Made by a program: the position numbers and the translations under genes
Source of the DNA: Bdellovibrionota bacterium
GTDB taxonomy: Bacteria; Bdellovibrionota; UBA2428
NCBI GenBank assembly: GCA_964201665.1
Contig: CAXNEW010000001.1
Coordinates: forward strand, 2,623 to 66,622
Length of the DNA: 64,000 bases
Reading direction: 5' to 3'
The notes under the pieces: generated by a model
What the model saw: only the letters and a program-made list of their open reading frames with translations
Database searches by the model: none
Told to the model about the DNA's origin: nothing
Part shown: positions 1 to 8,385 of the stretch, piece after piece
Position numbering within the stretch: the stretch's first letter is position 1
Layout of the letters: the number at the start of each line of letters is the position of its first letter

Positions 1-1
1 C

Positions 2-277
2 ATGAGCTGTCACGGAACTCCGGGAACTCCTAATGCCGCAAACCTAGACGTACCTGCTTTTCCTAACTTCACAACTGAGGCAGAATTTTTGAATTTAACT
101 GTTCGAGGCCAACCCTTTGTAGTGCCAAATAATCCTGCGCAATCTTTGTTGTGGATTGCTACGAGTCGAAATCCAAATCTCAACAAACCACGAATGCCCC
201 AGTTTCGAGGTTCAGCAACACAAGACCAGGTAAACGCAACAATCACTGAGTGGATCCAAAAACTAGGCCAACCGTAG
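2..277 (+). CDS. 3' end of a gene truncated by the window edge; cytochrome-c-like (planctomycete PSCyt1-type) domain fragment
   Basis: The ORF is open to the window edge. It begins ..SCHG, the tail of a CxxCH haem motif. It continues with a ..PNNPAQSLL..(n)..RMP pattern reminiscent of that domain. The true start cannot be assessed. Confidence 0.3.
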   Translation: MSCHGTPGTPNAANLDVPAFPNFTTEAEFLNLTVRGQPFVVPNNPAQSLLWIATSRNPNLNKPRMPQFRGSATQDQVNATITEWIQKLGQP

Positions 278-285
278 GTGACGGC

Positions 286-1572
286 TCACCGCTCTATCTT
301 GAATTCGACTCTTCGGTTTGCCTGGCGCCCCTGGAAATTTCCATTATCTGCAATCGGCCTCTCTTCGCCGACACCCAAAACGTCGACTTTTTCTTTTGCG
401 AATCCGTGCACGGCAACTAAATATTTTTTAATGGCATCGGCTCGGCGAAGTGAGAGCGATTTATTGTAAGCATCGGGCCCAATGGAATCTGTGTGCCCTT
501 CGATTGAAAGCATTTTGAAATTTTTAGAACTTTGCAACCGACCAACGAGCTCTTGCACTGCATCTTGAGACTCCTGAGTCATTTCCTCGGAATCAAATTT
601 AAACCGAATATTGGTAACAACAATAACTTCGCGACCATCGCTATCGTAAGTATAGGTTGAGGCTTTCGCGTCATATCCAAACACATAGTTGACCCCAGAA
701 TACAATCGCCAATCCGGACTGCTGCGGGCATGCAAGAGTTCGGTGCCCATTCCAAAATGCGCTGAAAGCTCGTGCGAAAAATCGTGCTTCAAACCCGCAA
801 TAAGTTCACTGGCCGAGTTGTTTCGGCTCGACAAATCAATCTGTGAGCCAGTTGGAAAACCTGTGTAAATTTCGCCAATGACTTTTGTGTCGATGCCATC
901 AACGAGGTAACTCGCGGCAACTGAGGCAATAACTTGATCCCCTAGGGGCTCAATGGGAAAGCCTGCAATTGCAGATCCCGAATTTCGCTTGCGATAGCCC
1001 AGGTTCGCACCAACCGAAACTGGGCCCCATGTTGTGTCACCCACAATTTCGAAATTATAGGTTGGCCCTGGATTAAGTCCCGCCATAGGATCATTTCGAA
1101 TAAGATTGAAATTTGAACTAAGTACGAGTCCCAGTCCCCTCGAATCATTTCCTAAGAATCTAACTTTTGTAAGTAAACGAATTTCAGTCATTCCTGGTTT
1201 TGAAAATTCGCCCCGAAACCCCGTGTCCGATTTGTTTTGTGAAATTAAAACCGGGAAACTGGCTCCGAAGTCCCATCCCCTCATTAACCCAAGGGCAAAA
1301 TTGAAATCACTAAACAAAATACCATCTTTAAATTTTAACCGACTCGCCTCGGTTTCATCAAAATAGGGTAACGAGTTTATGGCGTAATTTAAAAATAAAC
1401 CTGAATTAATAATTCCTGGCTTTAGGGTTTCAGAAGAATGGACTGTTACAAAATCAAGACCACTCGGAATAGTATTAAAATTTTGGGACCCTACCCCCAC
1501 GATGTTGGCATGACCTACGGTATTCATACCAAAGAACCCAAGAACCAAGGCACTAACGATTTTTTTACCCAT
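286..1572 (-). CDS. OmpA-family outer-membrane protein (N-terminal beta-barrel-like region plus C-terminal OmpA/MotB peptidoglycan-binding domain)
   Basis: Signal peptide MGKKIVSALVLGFFGMNTVGHA. The C-terminus carries GHTDSIGPDAYNKSLSLRRADAIKKYLV...NRRVEF, the classic OmpA_C motif. Confidence 0.8.
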   Translation of the reverse strand: MGKKIVSALVLGFFGMNTVGHANIVGVGSQNFNTIPSGLDFVTVHSSETLKPGIINSGLFLNYAINSLPYFDETEASRLKFKDGILFSDFNFALGLMRGWDFGASFPVLISQNKSDTGFRGEFSKPGMTEIRLLTKVRFLGNDSRGLGLVLSSNFNLIRNDPMAGLNPGPTYNFEIVGDTTWGPVSVGANLGYRKRNSGSAIAGFPIEPLGDQVIASVAASYLVDGIDTKVIGEIYTGFPTGSQIDLSSRNNSASELIAGLKHDFSHELSAHFGMGTELLHARSSPDWRLYSGVNYVFGYDAKASTYTYDSDGREVIVVTNIRFKFDSEEMTQESQDAVQELVGRLQSSKNFKMLSIEGHTDSIGPDAYNKSLSLRRADAIKKYLVAVHGFAKEKVDVLGVGEERPIADNGNFQGRQANRRVEFKIER

Positions 1573-1743
1573 AAAACTTAGTATCCGGGTATCTCCTTGA
1601 TTTCACAAGTCTTAACACAACCTAAATAGTTGATACCTGATCAAATACTAAACACTTCCTGTTGGCATGGGCTATAAAATTCAGGCCCTTAAAGTGGCAC
1701 CCATCTTGCATCCTTAAGGTTAAGGAATAAAGGGGCAATTTAT

Positions 1744-2721
1744 ATGAGCAAAAATTTACCAGGAATAATTCTCGTCCAGGCTGCTGCGATTTCATTTTTA
1801 ATTGTGGGTTGCACCGCTGAGTATGCTCTCCGGCTTCAGCCAGCTTCTTCAATTCTACCAGATGGGAGCGTACCTGCTGGTACGCCAACAGAACCTGGTG
1901 GTGGCAAAAACGCTGCCACCGACCCTTTGCCGGCGCCAACTACTCCTCAGTTACCTCCTTTACCGCCTGTGGTTTGCGACCCCTTCGCTGCAGCAAACAT
2001 TGTTGGACCCGAATACGGTATTAGCGGGCAAATTTTTGCCGAAGGTGACTCAAACATAGGTTACAACCTCTTAAGCAGTTTTGATTATTTTACACCGGCG
2101 AGACTCTTCAACGTCGAACTCGTGTTATCAGCAATCGACGTTCCAGGCCGAAGGTGGCAAAATGGATTTTCGACTCCACAGGGTAATCAACTTAAAGTTA
2201 TAGTCAACGGCGTCGAAACACCCTTTATTGAATGGTTTGCAATTCAGGGCACAAGCAAAATTGTACTTGCCGACGGAGATCTTCCTGGGAAAAAACAATT
2301 TGCGCTGATTTCTGACGATGGCTCAACACTCGAGATTCAAGATTCTGCGGGCGTTTATCAGACGATGATTTCAAATGAGGGCTTACACAGTCAAAAACTA
2401 AAAGTTTCAGAATCAGTCTTAGATTTTCAAAACGCAACATCGCAGTTTCCAATGAGAATAAATTATTTTCAAGGACCTCGGGTACACATTGCCCTTCAAC
2501 TTCTTTGGAGAAATGTAGAATCTGACTCGGCCGCACACTTGGCTGAACCCTTAAATGGCGCCGTTGGCGGCGAGTATTTTTGGGATACACGGGTAACCCC
2601 GGTCGTACAGACCCCGGCCTATCAGGATTTTCTGTCGAGAGGCTGGAGACCCCTTCGCCCACAAAACTTTATGCGCCAGTCGGGCTACAACCGCTGCACA
2701 CAAACCACAATGGGCCAATAA
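1744..2721 (+). CDS. Lipoprotein with a PA14-like domain
   Basis: Lipobox ..FLIVGC. A Pro-rich linker follows. The pattern GISGQIF..F..........W.....L..DDGSTLEI......YFQG...IALQLLW resembles the PA14 fold signature. Confidence 0.4.
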   Translation: MSKNLPGIILVQAAAISFLIVGCTAEYALRLQPASSILPDGSVPAGTPTEPGGGKNAATDPLPAPTTPQLPPLPPVVCDPFAAANIVGPEYGISGQIFAEGDSNIGYNLLSSFDYFTPARLFNVELVLSAIDVPGRRWQNGFSTPQGNQLKVIVNGVETPFIEWFAIQGTSKIVLADGDLPGKKQFALISDDGSTLEIQDSAGVYQTMISNEGLHSQKLKVSESVLDFQNATSQFPMRINYFQGPRVHIALQLLWRNVESDSAAHLAEPLNGAVGGEYFWDTRVTPVVQTPAYQDFLSRGWRPLRPQNFMRQSGYNRCTQTTMGQ

Positions 2722-2747
2722 TTTATTTGTTCTAGGGCCTTAGGAAA

Positions 2748-4625
2748 CTAAAAGCCTATACCGAAGCCCAATCCGTCTGATGCAGTTAAGCCTGCAGGAT
2801 TGGCTTGAGGACTTAAAAGAACAGCCTGCATGTAGAGCTGGATGCCAACCAGGTTAAAGTCAAACGGAGTAACAAAGGGCTCAACAATGGCCTCACCGTT
2901 AGCATCCAAAGAAAATGAAATTGCGAAGTCAGGGGTATTGAAGCCTAGGCAACCCAACATCCCAAAGGGGTCCAGAGGTGCATTTATTTGGGAAAGGCCG
3001 ATGTAAAGCACCCCACCCACTGAGCCTACGGGTGAATTGGGAGCTGCTCTTACCTTAACTCGAAGTTGTGTTCCAATTCCCGATGAGGCTGCGTTCAAAA
3101 CCTCAACGGTAGCATTGACTGTGGCACCTGTAGGACGACACGCAACGTTTTGGATTCCTGTTTGCACCGATGTTGAGACTGGGGCCTGATAGTACCAAGA
3201 ATCATTGAAATTATCGTTTTGCCAAGCCCCAGTTTGATAACGATAACCTCCAAACATGAAGATCTTATTGAGAGCCGTTACATAAACCATTGAAGCAAAG
3301 GCTCTTGGGCCTGGAGCTGACGAGTTAGGAATCGTTTTCCACCAGTCTCGAGGTTGCGGCTCGATCGCGGCATAGGCAGCGTAAAGATTCAATCCGCTAG
3401 GAAACTGAGACGTCGCAAGCGGAGGCTGGATCGTATTTTGTCCACCATAGCTAAAAGGTTTTCCCAGACCGCCGTGGAACGCCCTTGCTGCGAAACCTCG
3501 AGCGCCACCATTTGTAACTGTCGGTAGCGATGTAACCGCTTCCCATTTTACAAAATTTCCGTTTGGAGTTTCGTTACAGTTAGCGTCCACGAACTTTGCA
3601 TTCCACTCAATTGTTGAAGCTTCGGGCAGGTTCCCACCACTGTTATAAAACCCTCGAGACTGAATAAGTTTTTTTCTAATGGGATCAAAAAAAAGATCGT
3701 GCCCAAAAACTTGGATTGGTGCGACTGCCGCCGAATTGAGGCAACCCGGCGAGGAAATTAGTTTTTTCCAAATGAGCCTTTTCTCGGTCGAAACCGAGGT
3801 ATCAAGTCTGGCAATGTAAGTCGTCATTGGGGCAGCTTCGGGAGGACTGGTGTTTCCTCCGGTCAGAACGACCATGCCATCAATATCGGTTCCACTACCA
3901 AAAGGAACATAAACCATAGCGTGATCGAAACGAGGAGACGGGACCTGTCCCGGGGGAGATTGAGAATTATAACTTTCCCAATAGCCACCAGGCACAGTTC
4001 CGGTTTGGAGCTGTGAAGGCGAAGCGAACCAATATTGGTTCAGCCGATTTGTATTACTGCATGCCATGAGGCCACCATATCGGAACAAAAGATTAACTGA
4101 ATTTCCTAAGTGGTCCCTCTCCCAAAAAACCATCGGTGCGCCATCAATACCGTCTCGAAAAAAACAACAACTCCCTGGATTTTGAGTACAAAAGGGTGCT
4201 GTCGGCGGGAGGCAATTGCAATTATTCAAATTTCCGGTTGGTGAGCCACCGACGATTGGGCATCCCCCCAAACCTCCTGATAGATTGGGGCTCAAGGCCT
4301 TCATTTTTGCCCCTGTGTCCTGCCATTGCCCCCCTGTCTGGCTATGGAAAAATACAAATGAATTTAGGTTTGCAGGGGGTCCGCTGAAACATTGGTAATC
4401 AGTTCCTTCGGTTAGCACCGAAACCCCGTAGGTAGTGCCTGAAGCCGCTGGCGGCACATAAACCATTGAAGCCCGACGCCTTATGGGCGGCACCACTCCA
4501 GCAGTGGGTGTGATTGCACTCCACTGGCTATAGGCTGCCGGCTCGACTGCAACGACAGTCAATAGAAGCAATTGACGACTCAGGACATTGAATTTTTGAT
4601 ATTTTTTTTGGGAAAGTACTGCCAC
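2748..4625 (-). CDS. Secreted Kelch/beta-propeller-like repeat protein
   Basis: GTG start with an N-terminal signal-like segment. Blades of the type ..R..ASMVYV.....I.MFGG recur (RFDHAMVYVPFG, AFASMVYVTALNKIFMFGGY). Confidence 0.4.
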   Translation of the reverse strand: MAVLSQKKYQKFNVLSRQLLLLTVVAVEPAAYSQWSAITPTAGVVPPIRRRASMVYVPPAASGTTYGVSVLTEGTDYQCFSGPPANLNSFVFFHSQTGGQWQDTGAKMKALSPNLSGGLGGCPIVGGSPTGNLNNCNCLPPTAPFCTQNPGSCCFFRDGIDGAPMVFWERDHLGNSVNLLFRYGGLMACSNTNRLNQYWFASPSQLQTGTVPGGYWESYNSQSPPGQVPSPRFDHAMVYVPFGSGTDIDGMVVLTGGNTSPPEAAPMTTYIARLDTSVSTEKRLIWKKLISSPGCLNSAAVAPIQVFGHDLFFDPIRKKLIQSRGFYNSGGNLPEASTIEWNAKFVDANCNETPNGNFVKWEAVTSLPTVTNGGARGFAARAFHGGLGKPFSYGGQNTIQPPLATSQFPSGLNLYAAYAAIEPQPRDWWKTIPNSSAPGPRAFASMVYVTALNKIFMFGGYRYQTGAWQNDNFNDSWYYQAPVSTSVQTGIQNVACRPTGATVNATVEVLNAASSGIGTQLRVKVRAAPNSPVGSVGGVLYIGLSQINAPLDPFGMLGCLGFNTPDFAISFSLDANGEAIVEPFVTPFDFNLVGIQLYMQAVLLSPQANPAGLTASDGLGFGIGF

Positions 4626-4832
4626 GTTTGAGAATCCCTTTCGATTTCGAGCTTAGGTTTGAACAAAGGAGGGGCCTTACTACAAAAGAGGATCGGTTTC
4701 TACAAGAAGTCTTTTCCGTTTGGGGGAAAAAACAGGGTCAGTTTTTGCCTCCATTGCAATTTAAATTTTTCAATTGAAAGGCTTTCACTCAGGGGCTTAT
4801 TCCTAGGGACGTAAAAACAGGCGACTTCTTTA

Positions 4833-4909
4833 GCACCCATAGCTCAATTGGATAGAGCATCAGACTACGAATCTGAAGGTTGTTGGTTCGATCCCAGCTG
4901 GGTGCGCCA
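4833..4909 (+). tRNA. tRNA-Arg (anticodon ACG), CCA encoded
   Basis: Hand-folded cloverleaf of 77 nt. Acceptor GCACCCA/TGGGTGC. D arm GCTC-AATTGGATA-GAGC. Anticodon arm TCAGA-CTACGAA-TCTGA. Variable loop AGGTT. T arm GTTGG-TTCGATC-CCAGC. Discriminator G followed by CCA. Confidence 0.93.
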
Positions 4910-5246
4910 CTGAGTTGCTAACGAAGTATTTTTTCTTTCTACAAATTCCATACGTGTCATAACCGCCGCCAGTCAAAGAGTGACATTTAGTCACTCCTTG
5001 CCACGGGGCGGCCCAGCTGGGTGCGCCACTTGATTGCAAATGAAGTATTTTTTCTTTCTACAAATTCCTTGCGTGTCATAACCGCCGCCAGTCAGCGCGA
5101 GCGCGCTAAATTGCGGAGCGATTTAGCGCGATGCGCGCGTGAGTTCAACAAAGCCCCCCGAAGGGAGGGCGACTTGAACGGAACGCGAGCCGGAGGCTAC
5201 CTCTTTAGTCACTCTTCGCCACGGGGCGGCCCAGCTGGGTGCGCCA
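4893..5246 (+). repeat. Three perfect direct copies of the tRNA-Arg 3' end (17 nt cccagctgggtgcgcca), each with a conserved flank (att-like tandem units of 119 and 218 bp)
   Basis: Copies lie at 4893-4909 (inside the tRNA), 5012-5028 and 5230-5246. Each is followed by ..tg.ttgc.aa.gaagtattttttctttctacaaattcc.t.cgtgtcataaccgccgccagtca. Copies 2 and 3 are preceded by ttagtcactc.t.gccacggggcgg. Confidence 0.85.
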
Positions 5247-5353
5247 TTTATCGCAAATGAAGATCATTTATCTTTCTACAATCTCCAAACGTGTCATGTC
5301 CGCCGCCAGTAGATAGTGCTATTTGCCGGGGTTTGGCAGCGAAACAAATGTTG

Positions 5354-5388
5354 TTGAATTTTGGGCATATAATGTGTATAATATGCCC
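5354..5388 (+). promoter_or_regulatory. Putative sigma70-type promoter with an overlapping operator palindrome upstream of, or abutting, the DUF4160 gene
   Basis: TTGAAT (5354-5359), a 17-nt spacer, then TATAAT (5377-5382). The inverted repeat gggcatat (5363-5370) / atatgccc (5381-5388) brackets the -10 element. The ATGs at 5383 and 5389 would make the mRNA leaderless or nearly so. Confidence 0.4.
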
Positions 5389-5631
5389 ATGTCGCCAGTG
5401 GTTTTCTATTTTGAGTCGCTGAAGTTCAAAATCAATGCAAACGACCATAATCCGCCACACGTTCACATCGAAGGGCGTGGAGCTAAAATTCGGATCAACT
5501 TACTTACCTTACAGTTCATGGACGCAAAAACGGGTTTTTCGAACAGAACATTAGAACTCATTTTGGAAGAAGTGACTCGAAGGCAAAACGAGTTAACAGA
5601 AGAATGGAGAAAGTATCATGAAAAAGATTAA
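5383..5631 (+). CDS. DUF4160-family small protein (candidate toxin-like partner of a two-gene module)
   Basis: The motif ..NDHNPPHVHIEG.. matches the DUF4160 H-PPH-H signature. The start was moved from 5323 to ATG 5383 (5389 is an alternative) because of the promoter just upstream. It overlaps the next gene by 14 nt. Confidence 0.55.
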   Translation: MPMSPVVFYFESLKFKINANDHNPPHVHIEGRGAKIRINLLTLQFMDAKTGFSNRTLELILEEVTRRQNELTEEWRKYHEKD

Positions 5632-5866
5632 AACAGGAAATGTTGAAATTGGGCCTGACGAGTTCAACCCTAAACACGGCAAGTTTCGAGTTAATATGTT
5701 CGTTGACTTAGATGTTGTAGATGAAATTCGAAGAGTCGCGGCTCAGCGAAATATTGCCTACCAAACGCTCATCAATCAAAAGCTGCGAGAAATTTTTCTA
5801 TATGAAGAAACTCTTGAAGACCGTGTGGCTCGTTTGGAAAAACTCTTGAAGAAGAAACGAGCCTGA
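5618..5866 (+). CDS. BrnA/CopG-like antitoxin-type DNA-binding protein
   Basis: An 82-aa protein. The segment ..DVVDEIRRVAAQRNIAYQTLINQKLRE.. resembles the BrnA antitoxin C-terminal ribbon-helix-helix region. It is translationally coupled to the upstream gene. Confidence 0.5.
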   Translation: MKKIKTGNVEIGPDEFNPKHGKFRVNMFVDLDVVDEIRRVAAQRNIAYQTLINQKLREIFLYEETLEDRVARLEKLLKKKRA

Positions 5867-6120
5867 AAGCTCAAATTCTTATTATCCACAGTCTCAGCAT
5901 CGATCCAAAGAAAATGAGCCCTACGACTTAAGTTCACTGCATTTTCTACGCTGTTCGCCATAAGGAAAGTGCCATAGGACATCTGGTTCTTGGCTATCGC
6001 GCTCTTAACAGGATTGTCGTAAATGTTTTTAGGCCATTCAAAAGGCGCTTCCTGTATGCCCTCAGTGGCAAAAGCCACCGTTGCTCCCAAAAGAGCGGTT
6101 ATGAGAACGAGGTTTTTCAT
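5776..6120 (-). CDS. Small secreted hypothetical protein
   Basis: ATG at 6120 is preceded by GGAGG about 11 nt upstream. Signal peptide MKNLVLITALLGATVAFA. The 3' end overlaps the convergent BrnA-like gene by about 90 nt, so the real stop and even the reality of the gene are uncertain. Confidence 0.35.
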   Translation of the reverse strand: MKNLVLITALLGATVAFATEGIQEAPFEWPKNIYDNPVKSAIAKNQMSYGTFLMANSVENAVNLSRRAHFLWIDAETVDNKNLSFQARFFFKSFSKRATRSSRVSSYRKISRSF

Positions 6121-6178
6121 AAGCATCACGGCCTCCAAAGTTACGCCCGCAGTCCAGGTACACAAAGACCACTTCTAT

Positions 6179-6289
6179 AAAGATGCAGGAATATCGAGAC
6201 GAGCCTTGTTTAAACTGATGGAGCCAAACGCTAATCCAACACTGGAGAGTTTAGCAAAGGTTTGCAGGGCACTAGCGAAAGCGGCATAA
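6179..6289 (+). pseudogene. Remnant of an XRE-family helix-turn-helix gene (C-terminal half only)
   Basis: The translation ..KDAGISRRALFKLMEPNANPTLESLAKVCRALAKAA* looks like helices 2-5 of an XRE HTH. No matching N-terminus is present, and the upstream part of the ORF is antisense to another gene. Confidence 0.3.
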
Positions 6290-6408
6290 AAAGACCGCGA
6301 TTGCCCGGCGCCTATTTTTTGTTTGGTTGATCGGCAAAAACCAAAGACAGGCCCCGGTAGAAAAAATCGAAGGCACTTGTCAAATCGCCGAAGCAAAGAA
6401 ATGAAAAG

Positions 6409-7353
6409 CTAGGGATTTAGGCCCAGTATCGCGGCAAATATACGATTGGCCTTCTGAATCTCCGTTAGCAAACCATTCTTGTCATCGGTCGGCCGAAAGG
6501 ACGCATCCCAGTAAGCGGCAGCAGCAAGGGCTCGTTCAAAGTAGGCCGCTTTGTCTCGCTGAACCTCATCCCAATGGGCGCCCACCTCACCCCGAAGCCA
6601 ACCAAAGTAGCCGTGAACTTCCTTGAACTCCTTTGTCGAGGGCGGCCTTTTGTTGGCCGCACGACAAAGCCCCCTCAGCCTCTTCTCGAAACGCGCGGGA
6701 TCCCATCGCGTCGCAAAACTCCGCAAGCCGTTCCAAGCAGTGAAGAAGGCGGTCGAGTAGGGTCCTTTTCCCTGACGATCATGACTAACCTCCCGCGTTG
6801 CAATTGCAAGTAATTCGAGATCTTCAAGCCAGAGGACTCCAAAAAGATCCGCCAAAAATTCTTCAATTCCCTCTGAAACCCTCTTCTTTTCCTTGCCGGA
6901 AAAAGTAGGGCTTCGATGCAGTCGGATAGCGATCAAATGATGGGCCCACTCATGGAGGGCTATCGCTTGGAAAACCTCCAAATTCGGGGAGTCGTAAGTC
7001 TCTATTACTCTTGACCCCCATTCACTTCTGGCAAGTCCGCCCTTCTCTTCAGTGAGGATGACCTTGAGTGAAAGCGGAATCGAAAGAAATGGGTAGCGAG
7101 AACGTGTGCCCTGAATCATCTCTTTGATCCACGCTTCCTTTTTAACCTCTCTCGATGTTCCGGCTTTCCAGACAAAAGTGACTTCTACCTTGTCTACGGT
7201 GTTAATGGGCACCAGCAAGATGTTCTGGAAAACAGGTCCCAAAAGATTGCCGCAAGAAGCGGTATAGGAATCTGCTTCCGCAGCCAAAACACCTGGGCTG
7301 AATAAGCTCATCAGCAGAGCCGCCACGCAGGGCACGACCGCAGATGCGGTCAT
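6409..7353 (-). CDS. Secreted putative zinc metalloprotease-like protein (HExxH)
   Basis: The internal ATG at 7353 gives the signal peptide MTASAVVPCVAALLMSLFSPGVLAAEA. The motif ALHEWAHHL (HExxH) is present. I recognise no further family. Confidence 0.45.
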   Translation of the reverse strand: MTASAVVPCVAALLMSLFSPGVLAAEADSYTASCGNLLGPVFQNILLVPINTVDKVEVTFVWKAGTSREVKKEAWIKEMIQGTRSRYPFLSIPLSLKVILTEEKGGLARSEWGSRVIETYDSPNLEVFQAIALHEWAHHLIAIRLHRSPTFSGKEKKRVSEGIEEFLADLFGVLWLEDLELLAIATREVSHDRQGKGPYSTAFFTAWNGLRSFATRWDPARFEKRLRGLCRAANKRPPSTKEFKEVHGYFGWLRGEVGAHWDEVQRDKAAYFERALAAAAYWDASFRPTDDKNGLLTEIQKANRIFAAILGLNP

Positions 7354-7445
7354 GGAAAACGCGCGCGGTATCACAAAGAGATAAAACCTAGATTTAAACA
7401 CGATCGGTTGGGTAACACACTTAGGTACTTGGATCAATTCGAAAC

Positions 7446-7560
7446 GATCCCGGCTGCCGTTGTACTAAACTGACCTCTATTCAAACAGTTTCCTACCAAC
7501 CTTTGTCATGAAACTTTCTCAAATTCTAAACATTCAGCTCGAAAGTCCCTCAGAAGGATA
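7446..7560 (+). repeat. Degenerate tRNA-3'-end-like sequence plus ~75-nt E-element, copy 1
   Basis: gatcccggctg (7446-7456) matches tRNA gatcccagctg (4890-4900) at 10 of 11 positions. The E core at 7484-7560 (aacagtttcctaccaacctttgtcatgaaactttctcaaattctaaacattcagctcgaaagtccctcagaaggata) aligns without gaps to copy 2 at about 60 of 77 positions. Confidence 0.7.
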
Positions 7561-7572
7561 AATTGCCGTTTG

Positions 7573-8262
7573 TTACTTTTCTAAAAAAGCATTCTCTAAG
7601 ATCTTAAAGATCTTCTCTCTGCCCGCCCTTTGTAAAAATGGAAAATGTCCTGCACCCGCAATTTCAAAATTAGTCACCCTTTTATTTAGGGTTTGAAAAG
7701 TTCTACAAATTCGAGCTGGAAAACGGACATCTTTCTCACCAAATATATTTAGTATTGGAATCCCGATGTTTCTAAAAGAATCCGTAAGATCGTAACTGTC
7801 TAAATAAGTCTGCATGCACTCAAAGGTTTCACTAGAAAATGATTCCCAGGTTTGGTCTAGAAAAGAAGTTCCATCATTGGCTTCATGGGGTGTTAGAAAA
7901 ATTTCGTGGGGTTTTGCACTGAGAAGTCCAAGCTTAGTTCGCTCCAATTGGAATTCGTCGTTCCAATGTTTGTGACTAAGCCCGGTGCTCATCAACACAA
8001 GGCCCGCCAATTGCTCTTCATGTTGAGTCACGTAGGCAGTGGCCAAAACAGCACCCCATGAATGGCCAACAAGAATTTTTTTTCCGGGAATGGAGCAAAC
8101 CCTTGTGTTCAACTGAGCTAACATTTCATCAATAGTGACCGTCGGGCCACGAATCTGGTCATAAAATTCACAGTTAAATTTGACGGCAAGACTTTTAAAA
8201 AAAGGTTTTAGATAATCTCTAAATCCTGGACCACCGTGCAGAAAAATTAAAGTCGGTTTCAC
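7573..8262 (-). CDS. Alpha/beta hydrolase (proline-iminopeptidase-like)
   Basis: N-terminal LIFLHGGPG, which looks like an oxyanion-hole motif, and the nucleophile elbow GHSWG. Confidence 0.7.
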   Translation of the reverse strand: MKPTLIFLHGGPGFRDYLKPFFKSLAVKFNCEFYDQIRGPTVTIDEMLAQLNTRVCSIPGKKILVGHSWGAVLATAYVTQHEEQLAGLVLMSTGLSHKHWNDEFQLERTKLGLLSAKPHEIFLTPHEANDGTSFLDQTWESFSSETFECMQTYLDSYDLTDSFRNIGIPILNIFGEKDVRFPARICRTFQTLNKRVTNFEIAGAGHFPFLQRAGREKIFKILENAFLEK

Positions 8263-8385
8263 TTTAGCTCATACTAGCATCGCAAAGAATCCACTCAATT
8301 CAGGGTTTTTCCTTTGACTATAGTGTTAGTGTTTTAAATTCAATTCGTAGGTCTGAAATCGGGGGGTATGCGATCGACTTAAACG

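Noticed and set aside
1622-1939. A 105-aa minus-strand ORF overlapping the start of the PA14-like lipoprotein gene.
   Set aside because: It overlaps the signal-peptide region of a better-supported gene and an intergenic promoter region, and its translation has no recognisable features.
4893-5246. A possible small CRISPR array, given the regularly recurring identical 17-mers.
   Set aside because: There are only three copies. The 'spacers' are themselves homologous to each other, the repeat is the tRNA 3' end, the spacing is unequal (119 vs 218 bp), and no cas genes are present.
5021-5260. A 79-aa ORF on the + strand that spans the tRNA-end repeat units.
   Set aside because: It starts inside one copy of the tRNA 3'-end repeat and runs through the next. 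It has no RBS and an Arg/Ala-rich translation driven by the GC-rich insert. It is best explained as a non-coding repeat.
6175-6396. A 73-aa minus-strand ORF between the HTH remnant and the metalloprotease-like gene.
   Set aside because: It has no RBS, is antisense to the HTH-like remnant and has a basic low-complexity translation, so it is likely non-coding.
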